64,000 nt of DNA, taken from NCBI GenBank assembly GCA_011773985.1, contig WVWN01000078.1, forward strand, positions 39,151-103,150. Direction: 5' to 3'. The translations under genes and the position numbers were made by a program. Shown here in pieces: positions 9,550-17,910 of the stretch. Position 1 is the first letter of the stretch; each line of letters begins with the position of its first letter. Under the pieces are notes generated by a model. It worked only from the letters and a program-made list of their open reading frames with translations, searched no databases and had not been told where the DNA came from. The DNA comes from Candidatus Zixiibacteriota bacterium (GTDB lineage Bacteria; RBG-13-66-14; B26-G2; WVWN01).

Positions 9550-9969
9550 ATGAAAGAGGGAGAACGGAAGATAAAGGTCCTCTTCGTTTGCACCGGCAAC
9601 TCCTGCCGCTCGCAGATGGCCGAGGGTTGGGCGAACCACTTGGGCGCGGGCCTCGTCGAGGCATACTCGGCGGGCGTATACCCCGTCGGCGTCGCGCCCC
9701 TTACGGTGAAGGTCATGGCCGAAGCCGGCGTGGATATTTCGCATCAGCGCGCCAAGGCCGTCGACGAGTTCCTCGGCGAAGAGTTTGACTACGTAATTAC
9801 ACTATGCGATAATGTACGGGAGTTGTGTCCGTACTTCCCGGATGCGGCCAAACGTTTCCACTGGCCTGTAAAAGACGCGTTCGGCCTGGACCTCGACGCG
9901 TACCGCCGCGCCCGCGACGAAATCCGCGCCCGGGTGGAGGCCTTTTTAAACGAAATCAACGGCCCGTAA
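9550..9969 (+). CDS. arsC: Thioredoxin-type arsenate reductase / LMW-PTP family
   Basis: LFVCTGNSCRSQMAEG P-loop plus TLCDNVRELCP redox Cys pair. Confidence 0.85.
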   Translation: MKEGERKIKVLFVCTGNSCRSQMAEGWANHLGAGLVEAYSAGVYPVGVAPLTVKVMAEAGVDISHQRAKAVDEFLGEEFDYVITLCDNVRELCPYFPDAAKRFHWPVKDAFGLDLDAYRRARDEIRARVEAFLNEINGP

Positions 9970-9991
9970 GTAACCGCCGGGCAAGAGGTGG

Positions 9992-10339
9992 ATGACGGCC
10001 GAGGCGCCCAAGATAACGCGGCAGCGCGAGCTCGAGGCCGAAATCAACTTCCTTATTCCGCGCCTCGTGATGTTGGGGGCTAAGTTCGTCGTCGTGCACG
10101 GCGCCGTCGCCCGGGGGACGGCTCGAGCCAATTCGAAGTTAAATCTGATCGTCGTCGCCGCGAGCGATCTCCCCTTCAAAGAGCGCCAGAAGTATTTCCG
10201 CGAAAAGCTCAAGGGCCGCGAGCCCCTCGAGATAGTGGTATACACGCTCCCGGAGTTCAACCGCGCCAAGGAAGAGAGCACCCTCGTTAAGCACGCGATG
10301 CGCGAAGGCCGCGTCGTCTACTCGCCCGAGCGGGGGTGA
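9992..10339 (+). CDS. Minimal nucleotidyltransferase-fold protein with degenerate active site
   Basis: VVHGAVARGTARANSKLNLIVV aligns with the MNT GS.ARG.....SD.DL.VV motif; LEIVVYTLPEF and EGRVVY are typical of this family. Confidence 0.6.
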   Translation: MTAEAPKITRQRELEAEINFLIPRLVMLGAKFVVVHGAVARGTARANSKLNLIVVAASDLPFKERQKYFREKLKGREPLEIVVYTLPEFNRAKEESTLVKHAMREGRVVYSPERG

Positions 10340-10374
10340 ATATTCGCCGGTTTCATATTACGTAGGAGCGGCGT

Positions 10375-11151
10375 ATGGCCGATAAGTGGTTCACAAGCAT
10401 AACGGACGTTGGGCCCAACAAAATACGCCTCAGCGGCTACCCCATCGGAGAGCTGATGGGCCGCAAGAGCTTCGCCGAGGTCGTGTGGCTCACGCTGCGC
10501 GGCGAGCTGCCGTCCGAGGCCGAGGGGAAGCTCCTCGATGCGGTCTTGGTGTCGTCGGTGGATCACGGCGTAACGCCGCCGTCCACGTTGGCCGCACGTA
10601 CGGCGGCCTCCACGGGCGCGCCGGTGAACGCGGCGCTCGCCTCGGGCGTCCTCGCCGTCAACCGCTTCCACGGCGGCGCGGTGGAGGGGTGTATGGCGGC
10701 TCTCGCCGAGGCAGTGGCCCATATGAAGGAGAAAGACGTCTCGCGTGAGGAGGCTGCGGCGGCGACAATCGGACGTTACGGCGAAGGTGGGCGTCGCGTA
10801 GAGGGTTTCGGCCACCGCCTCCACGACGACGACCCGCGGGCGGCGCGGCTATTCGCGTTGGCGGAGGAGCTGGGCCTAGCGGCCGAAGGTATCCCGATGG
10901 CCCGGGCTTTCGAAACCGCGCTTCGGAACCTTGCGGGTAAGGGGCTGCCATTGAACGTCGACGGCGCCATCGGCGCGTGCCTTTTCGACTTGGGTTTCGA
11001 GCCGCATACTGCCAACGCGTTTTTCATTCTGGCGCGAATGCCCGGGTGGCTTGCGCACGTCGTCGAGGAGCAGACGCGCGAGCGGCCCATGCGGCGCATT
11101 GAGCCGTCGGCGTGGGCGTACGACGGCCCGGGCGAGAGACATTTGACTTAG
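10375..11151 (+). CDS. Citryl-CoA lyase (short citrate-synthase-family protein)
   Basis: 258 aa; DHGVTPPST, HGGA, GFGHRLH..DPR, LNVDGAIGA motifs. Confidence 0.8.
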   Translation: MADKWFTSITDVGPNKIRLSGYPIGELMGRKSFAEVVWLTLRGELPSEAEGKLLDAVLVSSVDHGVTPPSTLAARTAASTGAPVNAALASGVLAVNRFHGGAVEGCMAALAEAVAHMKEKDVSREEAAAATIGRYGEGGRRVEGFGHRLHDDDPRAARLFALAEELGLAAEGIPMARAFETALRNLAGKGLPLNVDGAIGACLFDLGFEPHTANAFFILARMPGWLAHVVEEQTRERPMRRIEPSAWAYDGPGERHLT

Positions 11152-11164
11152 CTCGAGGTTCAAT

Positions 11165-11698
11165 ATGGAAGATAGAATTAAAGAGTTGTTGCCCGAGTTG
11201 GCAGATATCGAGGAGGGGGCGCTACGCGATAAAGTAGTCGCGGTGTACAAGGCAGCGCTCGAGCGCGGCGGCTGGCAACCGGAAGATATGGCACGCCTCC
11301 CGTCCACGCTTTTAATAGATCCGCCGCCCGCCACGTACGTCGAGCACACGCGCGCCGTCACGCGGTGTGCCGTCGCCGCGGCGGAGGCGATGGCGGCAGT
11401 ATACGGTTCCCGGGTGAATATAAACCGCGACCACCTGGTCGCCGCGGGCCTTCTTCACGACGTCGGCAAGCTCTTGGAGTATCGCGAGGAGGGCGGCAAA
11501 TTCGTCAAGTCGGAGCTGGGCCGGATGCTCCGGCACCCGTTGTCTGGTGCCGCGCTCTGCTACGGGTTCGGCCTTCCCCCGGAAGTAACCCACGTCGTCG
11601 CGACGCACGCCCGCGAGGGCGAGGGCGCCCGGGCGACGCCGGAGGCGATAATAATTCACCACGCCGACTTCATCAACTTTGAGCCGTTTAAATTGTGA
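11165..11698 (+). CDS. HD domain metal-dependent phosphohydrolase
   Basis: VEHTRAV...LLHDVGK...RHPLSGA...HADF. Confidence 0.85.
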   Translation: MEDRIKELLPELADIEEGALRDKVVAVYKAALERGGWQPEDMARLPSTLLIDPPPATYVEHTRAVTRCAVAAAEAMAAVYGSRVNINRDHLVAAGLLHDVGKLLEYREEGGKFVKSELGRMLRHPLSGAALCYGFGLPPEVTHVVATHAREGEGARATPEAIIIHHADFINFEPFKL

Positions 11699-12963
11699 AG
11701 AGTGGCAACGCGCAAACGTTCGCCGAAAAGATATTTTCGCGTAAGACGGGCCGGCCGGTGGCCGCCGGTGAAATAGTCGTGCTCGAGCCCGACCGTCTCC
11801 TCTCCCACGACAACGCCGCGGCCATCGCGAAGACCTTCGCGGAATTCGGCCTGAAACGGATTGTGGACCCGGCTAAGGCCGTCATCGTCTTGGACCACTG
11901 CGTCCCGGCGGCCTCGGAAAAATATGCCAAGAACCATCTAGAGATCCGTGAGTTTGTGGAAGAGAACGATATCGAGAACTTCTTCGACGTCGGCGAGGGG
12001 GTGTGCCACCAGGTCTTCGCAGAACAGGGGTTCGCGCTGCCGGGCGAACTTATTCTGGGCGCCGACAGCCACACGACGTCGTACGGCGCTTTCGGTGCGT
12101 TCGCCGCGGGCATAGGTCGGACCGAGATGGCGGCGCTCTACGCTACCGGTAAATTATGGCTTATGTGCCCGGCGTCGCTAAGGATTGAGGTAGCGGGCCA
12201 GTTCGGCGCGGACGTTTACCCTAAAGATTTGATTTTATACATAATAGGCGACCAGGGCGCCGACGGCGCGCTGTACAAGTCGGTGGAGTTCGCCGGGCCG
12301 ACGGTGGCGGCGGCGTCGCTGTCGGGGCGGATGACGCTCTGCAATATGGCCGCGGAGATAGGCGCCAAGAACGCGTACGCCGCCCCGGACGAAAAGACGC
12401 GGGCCTTCCTCGACGGCCGCGCGCGTCGTGAGTACGACGAGGTCTTCCCGGACGACGGCGCCGCGTACGAGCGAACGCTCTCGTACGACGTCGCCGGCCT
12501 CGAGCCCCAAGTAGCGGCCCCCCACCGCGTAGACAACGTCGTCCACGTAACGGAGTTGGTGGGTACGCGCGTGGACCAGGTCGTCGTCGGGACCTGCACC
12601 AACGGCCGCGTCGACGATTTAGTGGTGGGGGCGAATATCCTGCGGAACCGGCAGGTGGCACCGGGCGTGCGCGTCCTCGTCTTTCCGGCGAGCCGGGCGG
12701 TTTACCTCGAGGCCCTGGGGATCGGCGCGCTGGCGACGTTGGCCGAGGCGGGTTGCGTAATTATGAACCCGGGTTGCGGGCCGTGCCTCGGCGCCCACGA
12801 GGGAATCCTGGCCGCGGGCGAGGTTTGCCTCTCGACCGCGAACCGCAACTTCCGCGGCCGCATGGGCTCGACGGAAGCCGAGATTTATTTATGCTCGCCG
12901 GCGACCGCGGCGGCTTCGGCTTTATGCGGAAGGATTACCGACCCCCGGACGGTGAGGGCGTGA
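11695..12963 (+). CDS. Homoaconitase/isopropylmalate isomerase family large subunit (copy 1)
   Basis: SHDN, DHCVP, GVCHQV, GADSHTT, GTCTNGR, PGCGPCLG, STANRNF.GRMG. Confidence 0.9.
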   Translation: MKSGNAQTFAEKIFSRKTGRPVAAGEIVVLEPDRLLSHDNAAAIAKTFAEFGLKRIVDPAKAVIVLDHCVPAASEKYAKNHLEIREFVEENDIENFFDVGEGVCHQVFAEQGFALPGELILGADSHTTSYGAFGAFAAGIGRTEMAALYATGKLWLMCPASLRIEVAGQFGADVYPKDLILYIIGDQGADGALYKSVEFAGPTVAAASLSGRMTLCNMAAEIGAKNAYAAPDEKTRAFLDGRARREYDEVFPDDGAAYERTLSYDVAGLEPQVAAPHRVDNVVHVTELVGTRVDQVVVGTCTNGRVDDLVVGANILRNRQVAPGVRVLVFPASRAVYLEALGIGALATLAEAGCVIMNPGCGPCLGAHEGILAAGEVCLSTANRNFRGRMGSTEAEIYLCSPATAAASALCGRITDPRTVRA

Positions 12964-12967
12964 GCGT

Positions 12968-13096
12968 ATGGAGTCGTTAGTGTTTATAATCGTAATCATC
13001 TTGTTGGTCCTGGCTATTTTGCTCGTCGTCGCGCTCGCCGCCATAATGCTGGCGACGTGGCTATCGTCGCGGGGTAAGCGAGATGATAAGAGGTAA
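12968..13096 (+). CDS. Small single-pass membrane protein (42 aa), not in ORF track
   Basis: MESLVFIIVIILLVLAILLVVALAAIMLATWLSSRGKRDDKR*; fills the gap between large and small hydratase subunit genes. Confidence 0.5.
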   Translation: MESLVFIIVIILLVLAILLVVALAAIMLATWLSSRGKRDDKR

Positions 13097-13577
13097 GGTT
13101 TGGAAGTACGGCGACGACGTCAACACCGACGTCATCTTCCCGGGGCGTTACACGTATACGATAACGGACCCGGGCGAAATCGCCTCCCACGCTCTCGAGG
13201 ACTTGGACCCGACGTTCGCGAAGAACGTTAGGCCAGGGGATATCGTCGTAGCCGGCAAAAACTTCGGCTGCGGCTCGAGCCGCGAGCAGGCCGCGCTGTG
13301 CCTGAAGTACGCGGGCGTGGCCGCGGTGGTCGCGGCATCGTTCGCGCGCATCTTCTTCCGCAACGCCATCAACGGCGGCCTGCCGACCGTAACCGCGCCC
13401 GAAGCCATAGCACGTATAAACGCCGGCGACGAGATAAGCATCGATTTCGAGGCGGGCGAATTGACGGCGGCGGACGGCTCGAGTTACGAGTTCGCGCGGC
13501 TACCGGCGGAGGTTGTCGGCATTCTCGAGGCGGGTGGCCTGGTGCCGTGGGTCAAAAAGGAGTTGGGAGCGAAATGA
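13083..13577 (+). CDS. Homoaconitase/isopropylmalate isomerase family small subunit (copy 1)
   Basis: GKVWKYGDDVNTDVIFPG, NFGCGSSREQA, SFARIFFRNAIN.GLP. Confidence 0.9.
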   Translation: MIRGKVWKYGDDVNTDVIFPGRYTYTITDPGEIASHALEDLDPTFAKNVRPGDIVVAGKNFGCGSSREQAALCLKYAGVAAVVAASFARIFFRNAINGGLPTVTAPEAIARINAGDEISIDFEAGELTAADGSSYEFARLPAEVVGILEAGGLVPWVKKELGAK

Positions 13578-14035
13578 AGCGTTACGCGATCACACTCGCT
13601 GTGTGTGCCGTCGTAGCGGCGGCGTGCCAGAGGGTTGGGGACGCGGCCGGCGCCCCGGAGGCGGGCCGGCCCGTGCGGTTGATATTCCCGGAAGCGGCGC
13701 GCGCGGAGACGTTACTTAAATCGTCCGGCATCCGCATCGAGAACCGCAACGACCTCATACGCGAATTCCCGGAGGGATGTGTGTGGCACGCCGTCTACAG
13801 CAGTACCGGCGCCGAAGTCATCCTCGAGGCGTACGCATTCGCGGACGACGGCCGCGCGCGGGAGTACGGCGCCGAGCGCAACGGCGAACTGCTGGCGATG
13901 GATATCCTGCGGGAATTCGCCGTCGCGACCAACGGGCCGCTCGTCCTCGTGGCGTACTACGACCCGACGGAGGACGCCGCCGCCAAGAGGGATGCGTTGG
14001 AGAAGTTCGTCGAGGCGTTTTCGGGCGAGGGGTAA
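13574..14035 (+). CDS. Hypothetical lipoprotein
   Basis: ATG 13574 overlapping the upstream stop; MKRYAITLAVCAVVAAA-C lipobox. Confidence 0.65.
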   Translation: MKRYAITLAVCAVVAAACQRVGDAAGAPEAGRPVRLIFPEAARAETLLKSSGIRIENRNDLIREFPEGCVWHAVYSSTGAEVILEAYAFADDGRAREYGAERNGELLAMDILREFAVATNGPLVLVAYYDPTEDAAAKRDALEKFVEAFSGEG

Positions 14036-14093
14036 CTTTCCCCGAATGAAAGAATGGCCGTGACGTAAGGTATTTTATCGAATGCGGCTGGTG

Positions 14094-14122
14094 TTGCTTT
14101 TTTGGGTGGGGTATGGTATTAT
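14094..14122 (+). promoter_or_regulatory. Putative sigma70 promoter of the selenoprotein gene
   Basis: TTGCTT (14094-14099), 17 nt spacer, TG-n-TATTAT extended -10 (14114-14122). Confidence 0.5.
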
Positions 14123-14203
14123 AATTAAAGAGAGCCAGTTTTAAATTCGCGTTACGATTAAACTCGCCCTAAAAGCAAAGTGATTTCGAAGAGAGGAGTG
14201 GTC

Positions 14204-14947
14204 GTGTTGAAAAAAGTGTTCTTAATCGCGATGGCGGTACTCGCGGCGTCCTCGTGGGCGGCGACGCGCGGCGTGCTCGTCGAGCACTTCGGTTGGACCG
14301 GTTGAGGTTCGTGTCCGGCCGCGGAAAGCGACTTTAGCCGGCTGATAGATAGTTATCCCCGCACGGTCTTATGCCCGATCCAGTGGATGTTCTACGTTTC
14401 CCCCCACGTGAGCCAACGCTTCTCCACTTACTACGGTCAAACGTACGTACCCAACCACTTCACAGACGGCGTCCTCAACCGCATCGGTTCCGGGAATTAC
14501 AGCAACTACGTTGCCGATTATAATACCCGGCGCGTCATCTCCGCGCCTTTGACGGTAACGATTCCGGAGCGTAAGCTGGGGTCCAGTACTGCGTACGCCA
14601 AAGTTCGCGTGGCGCTCGAGGAGAACCTCCCCGCCGGCCATACCATCTACGTCGGCCTGTGGGAGGATAAAGTCGTAGTGGGTGGTACGTACGGGACCAC
14701 GCCGGTCCGCGTCATGGAACGCGACCTAGCGACGACCAGCCTCACCATCGCCAGCAAAGGCCAGACGCAGAATTTCGAGCATACGTTTACGCTTCAAGGT
14801 TCGTGGAAGCGCGCCGACCTCGGCTTGACCGCCTGGGTGCAAGGTCCCAACACCGGACGCGAAGTACACAACGCCGCAACGGTAAAGTTATCCGGCTCCA
14901 GCGTTTCGCCTTCGTCGTTGGGGCGGGTCAAGGCGCTCTTCAATTAA
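14204..14947 (+). CDS. Secreted Omp28-like/thioredoxin-fold protein, probable selenoprotein (UxxC), with C-terminal SLGRVKALF motif
   Basis: RBS GAGGAG then GTG 14204; MLKKVFLIAMAVLAASSWA-ATRGVLVEHFGWTG[TGA 14303-14305]GSCPAA, continuing in frame into ORF 14387..14947. Confidence 0.8.
14315..14341 (+). promoter_or_regulatory. Candidate bacterial SECIS hairpin
   Basis: CCGGC-CGC-GGAAA-GCG-ACTTTA-GCCGG; G-led apical loop begins 18 nt after the UGA. Confidence 0.55.
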
Positions 14948-14971
14948 GTAACTCCCACCCTAACGACTATT

Positions 14972-14997
14972 AAGCCCGCCGTAACGGCGGGCTTTTT
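14972..14997 (+). terminator. Intrinsic terminator between convergent genes
   Basis: AAGCCCGCCG-TAA-CGGCGGGCTT followed by T-run. Confidence 0.8.
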
Positions 14998-15014
14998 GCC
15001 TTAAGCGAGAAGAC

Positions 15015-15815
15015 TTAAGCGTGCGCGTCAACGGCAGCTTCACCGCGTACGGTTACGATAACGTCCTCGAAAGGTATGTCCTTGCCGGACGCCTTGAGCG
15101 CGTCTTTCGCCACCTGCACTAAGCCGAAGCAACAGGGCACTTCCATATGTAAAACCGTGACTTTGCGTACGTCGTTCGTACGTAGGATCGCCGCTAGCTT
15201 GTCGCGGTATAACGCGGCGTCGTCGAATTTGGGACAACCGATGACCACAGCTTTGCCGCGGAGGAAGTCGGGGTGGAAGGCGGCGTAGGCCAAAGGCGCG
15301 CAATCGGCGGCGATCAACAACTCGGCGTCGGCGAAGTACGGGGCGTTGGGGCTTGCGAGGTATAGCTTAACGGGCCACTGGCGGAGTTCCGATTTCAACT
15401 TCCCGTCGAAGGTTGCCTCGGCCTCGACGCATTCTTCGTCGTCCCCCGCCCTAAAATCCATAGTCCGCGCGCCCGGGCAGCTGAGGGTGTGGCTGCCGGC
15501 GCCATGGCTTGCGGCCGGCGTTCGCTCGGCGGCGTGCCCGTGGCGGTGCACGCCCCCTTCACGGCCGAGTTCTTTCAGGTGTTCTTCCACCGCGCCGGCG
15601 TCGAACTCTTCCGCGGAGCGCTCCTCGATGGTTATGGCGTCTTGCGGGCACTCCCCCAGGCAGGCGCCCAAGCCGTCGCAATAAGTTTCGCTTACAAGGC
15701 GCGCCTTGCCGTCGACGATTCGAATGGCCCCTTCGGCGCACGACGGGACGCACAAGCCACAGCCGTCGCACAGTCCTTCGTCGATCTTAACGATTTTGCG
15801 CGTAACCTTAGCCAT
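15015..15815 (-). CDS. 4Fe-4S dicluster protein with Cys-rich C-terminal domain (type often found in Hcp/HcpR regulons)
   Basis: CDGCGLCVPSC, CDGLGACLGECP, LRQWPVKL, LLIAADC, GCPKFDD, MEVPCCFGL. Confidence 0.8.
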   Translation of the reverse strand: MAKVTRKIVKIDEGLCDGCGLCVPSCAEGAIRIVDGKARLVSETYCDGLGACLGECPQDAITIEERSAEEFDAGAVEEHLKELGREGGVHRHGHAAERTPAASHGAGSHTLSCPGARTMDFRAGDDEECVEAEATFDGKLKSELRQWPVKLYLASPNAPYFADAELLIAADCAPLAYAAFHPDFLRGKAVVIGCPKFDDAALYRDKLAAILRTNDVRKVTVLHMEVPCCFGLVQVAKDALKASGKDIPFEDVIVTVRGEAAVDAHA

Positions 15816-15862
15816 TTCGGGCCTCCTATTTAGCGTTAGATTATTCTTTTTTCTTCAAGCTA

Positions 15863-15906
15863 AGTATAATAATTTGCGGACAAAAAAACCTTGACTTACG
15901 TCAAGG
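15863..15906 (-). promoter_or_regulatory. CRP/FNR-family binding site and class II promoter
   Basis: Palindrome CCTTGAC-TTAC-GTCAAGG (15889-15906) centred at -41.5 relative to a minus-strand -10 TATACT (15863-15868). Confidence 0.75.
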
Positions 15907-15934
15907 CTCTTAGTTTTTTTGGCGGGGCCCCCGG

Positions 15935-16627
15935 CTAGTCGTCTTGGCTACCGGCTATAAGGCGGAGCGAGGGTTTGTCCAAGATAATTAGCCGCTGGCC
16001 CTCGGATGCGACTAGGCCCGCGTCGGCGAAGCGACGCAGCGCGCGGCTCAGCGTCTCGGGGATGGTCCCCAACGCCGCGGCGAGCGACGTTTTGGTCACG
16101 TCCAAAGCGACGTATTCGCCTCCTTCCGCGTCGGCCCGCGCGTGTTCCAGAAGGTAGGAGGCGAGCCGCGCCGGCACGTCTTTAAGGGTAAGCTTCTCGA
16201 GGACCGCGCTAATCTGGTTAAGACGTACCGACAGGGCGGCTACAATGTTCAGCGCCAAGTTCGGTTCGTTTTTTACGAGCGCGACGAACTCGCGGCGCGG
16301 CACCTCGACCGCGGCGGCGTCGTCGAGGGCCTGCGCGGTGGCGGGGTACGGGACGCCCGCCAGCGCCGCGGCCTCGCCGACCAGGTCCCCTTCCCTCATG
16401 ATTTTTATAATTAACTCGCGGCCGTCGATCGATTCTTTGAAGACCTTAACCTGCCCCGACGCGATGACGTAGAAAGCCGCGGCGTCGTCGCCCTCGCGGA
16501 AAAGCGCCTCTCCCTTCTCGAGCTCGCGGAAGACGCAGCGTTCGGCGACGCGGCCCACGTCGGCGGAGGCGAAATCTTTGAAGAGCGGCGACGCACGCAA
16601 TGCGGCGATCATGGCGGCTTCGGCCAT
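15935..16627 (-). CDS. CRP/FNR family transcriptional regulator (HcpR/DNR-like)
   Basis: cNMP-binding domain (LFREGD..FYVIASGQVKVFK) and HTH GTIPETLSRAL. Confidence 0.9.
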   Translation of the reverse strand: MAEAAMIAALRASPLFKDFASADVGRVAERCVFRELEKGEALFREGDDAAAFYVIASGQVKVFKESIDGRELIIKIMREGDLVGEAAALAGVPYPATAQALDDAAAVEVPRREFVALVKNEPNLALNIVAALSVRLNQISAVLEKLTLKDVPARLASYLLEHARADAEGGEYVALDVTKTSLAAALGTIPETLSRALRRFADAGLVASEGQRLIILDKPSLRLIAGSQDD

Positions 16628-16723
16628 ATCGATAACCTCGCCGGATTTGAAAATTATTGAGAACCGGCCTATTTTAGTTTAATATATAATTATAATTTAA
16701 GGCAAGTCGCGAAGCGAGGTCCT

Positions 16724-17842
16724 ATAAACAAATATCGCATAGCGTGGCTGCCGGGCGACGGCATAGGCCGCGACGTTACAGAGGGGGCGCGCTTAGTCCT
16801 GGAGCGCCTCGCGCTCGACGCCGAATACGTCCCCGGCGACGTCGGTTGGGAGTTCTGGTGCCGGGAGGGCAACCCGCTGCCCGAGCGCACGAAGGACCTT
16901 ATGCGCAGGACCGATTGCGCGCTCTTCGGCGCCATCACCTCCAAACCCAAGGACGAGGCCGCACGCGAGCTCACGCCCGAGCTCCAGGGCAAGGGTTTCG
17001 TCTATTACTCGCCCATCGTCCGCCTGCGGCAAGAGTTTGACCTTTACGTAAATATGCGGCCGTGCAAGGCTTACGCCGGCAACCCCCTCAACTACCGCGA
17101 CGACGTCGACCTCGTCGTCTTCCGCGAGAACACCGAGGGCCTTTACGCGGGCGTGGAGTGGTCTCCCGTGCCGGCGGCGGTGTACGATTGCCTAATGGCC
17201 AACCACAAGAAGATGGCCGCGTTCGCGGGCGTCCCCCTTGGCGAGCTCGCCATCTCGACGCGCATAATGACGAAGCGCGCGTGCGAGCGTATAGTCCGCG
17301 CCGCGTTCGAGTACGCGGGAAAGAAGGGGCGTAAGTCCGTAACGGTGGTGGAGAAGCCTAACGTACTGCGCGAGACCGGCGGCCTTATGGTCCGCACCGC
17401 CCGCGAGGTCGCCCAGGACTACCCGGGCGTCGAGCTGTGGGAGACCAATATAGACGCGATGGCGATGTGGCTTGTCAAGAACCCGCAGGACTACGACATC
17501 CTGGTGGCGGAGAACATGTTCGGCGACATCATCTCGGACGAGGCGGCGCAGCTCGTCGGCGGCCTGGGCTTCGCTTGCGCCGGTAACATCGGCGACGACT
17601 ACGCCGTCTTCGAGCCCACGCACGGCTCGGCGCCCAAGTACGCGGGCCAATACAAAGTCAACCCGACGGCGATGCTGCTCGCAACGAGGATGATGCTCGA
17701 GTACCTGGGCGAGGAGGATAAGGCTGCGGCTTTGGAAAACGCCGTCGCCGCCGTCATCGCGGAAGGGAAGGTCCGCACGTACGATATGGGCGGCAAAAAC
17801 TCCACGCTCGAGATGGCGGAGGCAGTCGCCGCGCGGGTTTGA
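16724..17842 (+). CDS. Isocitrate/homoisocitrate/isopropylmalate dehydrogenase family protein
   Basis: Frame extends upstream of 16901 to ATA 16724 (KYRIAWLPGDGIG); YSPIVRLR, RENTEGLY, NMFGDIISD, FEPTHGSAPKYAG. Confidence 0.9.
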   Translation: MNKYRIAWLPGDGIGRDVTEGARLVLERLALDAEYVPGDVGWEFWCREGNPLPERTKDLMRRTDCALFGAITSKPKDEAARELTPELQGKGFVYYSPIVRLRQEFDLYVNMRPCKAYAGNPLNYRDDVDLVVFRENTEGLYAGVEWSPVPAAVYDCLMANHKKMAAFAGVPLGELAISTRIMTKRACERIVRAAFEYAGKKGRKSVTVVEKPNVLRETGGLMVRTAREVAQDYPGVELWETNIDAMAMWLVKNPQDYDILVAENMFGDIISDEAAQLVGGLGFACAGNIGDDYAVFEPTHGSAPKYAGQYKVNPTAMLLATRMMLEYLGEEDKAAALENAVAAVIAEGKVRTYDMGGKNSTLEMAEAVAARV

Positions 17843-17910
17843 AATTTAACCCGTCAGGTGCTTCGTCGTAATTTAATCCCGTTCTTTAATGATATCTTTA
17901 GGCTAGAATT

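Noticed and set aside
14303..14305. Genome-wide UGA reassignment (genetic code 4 or 25)
   Set aside because: Many genes here end normally at TGA (often ATGA/GTGA overlaps) and Trp is encoded by TGG; the readthrough is site-specific
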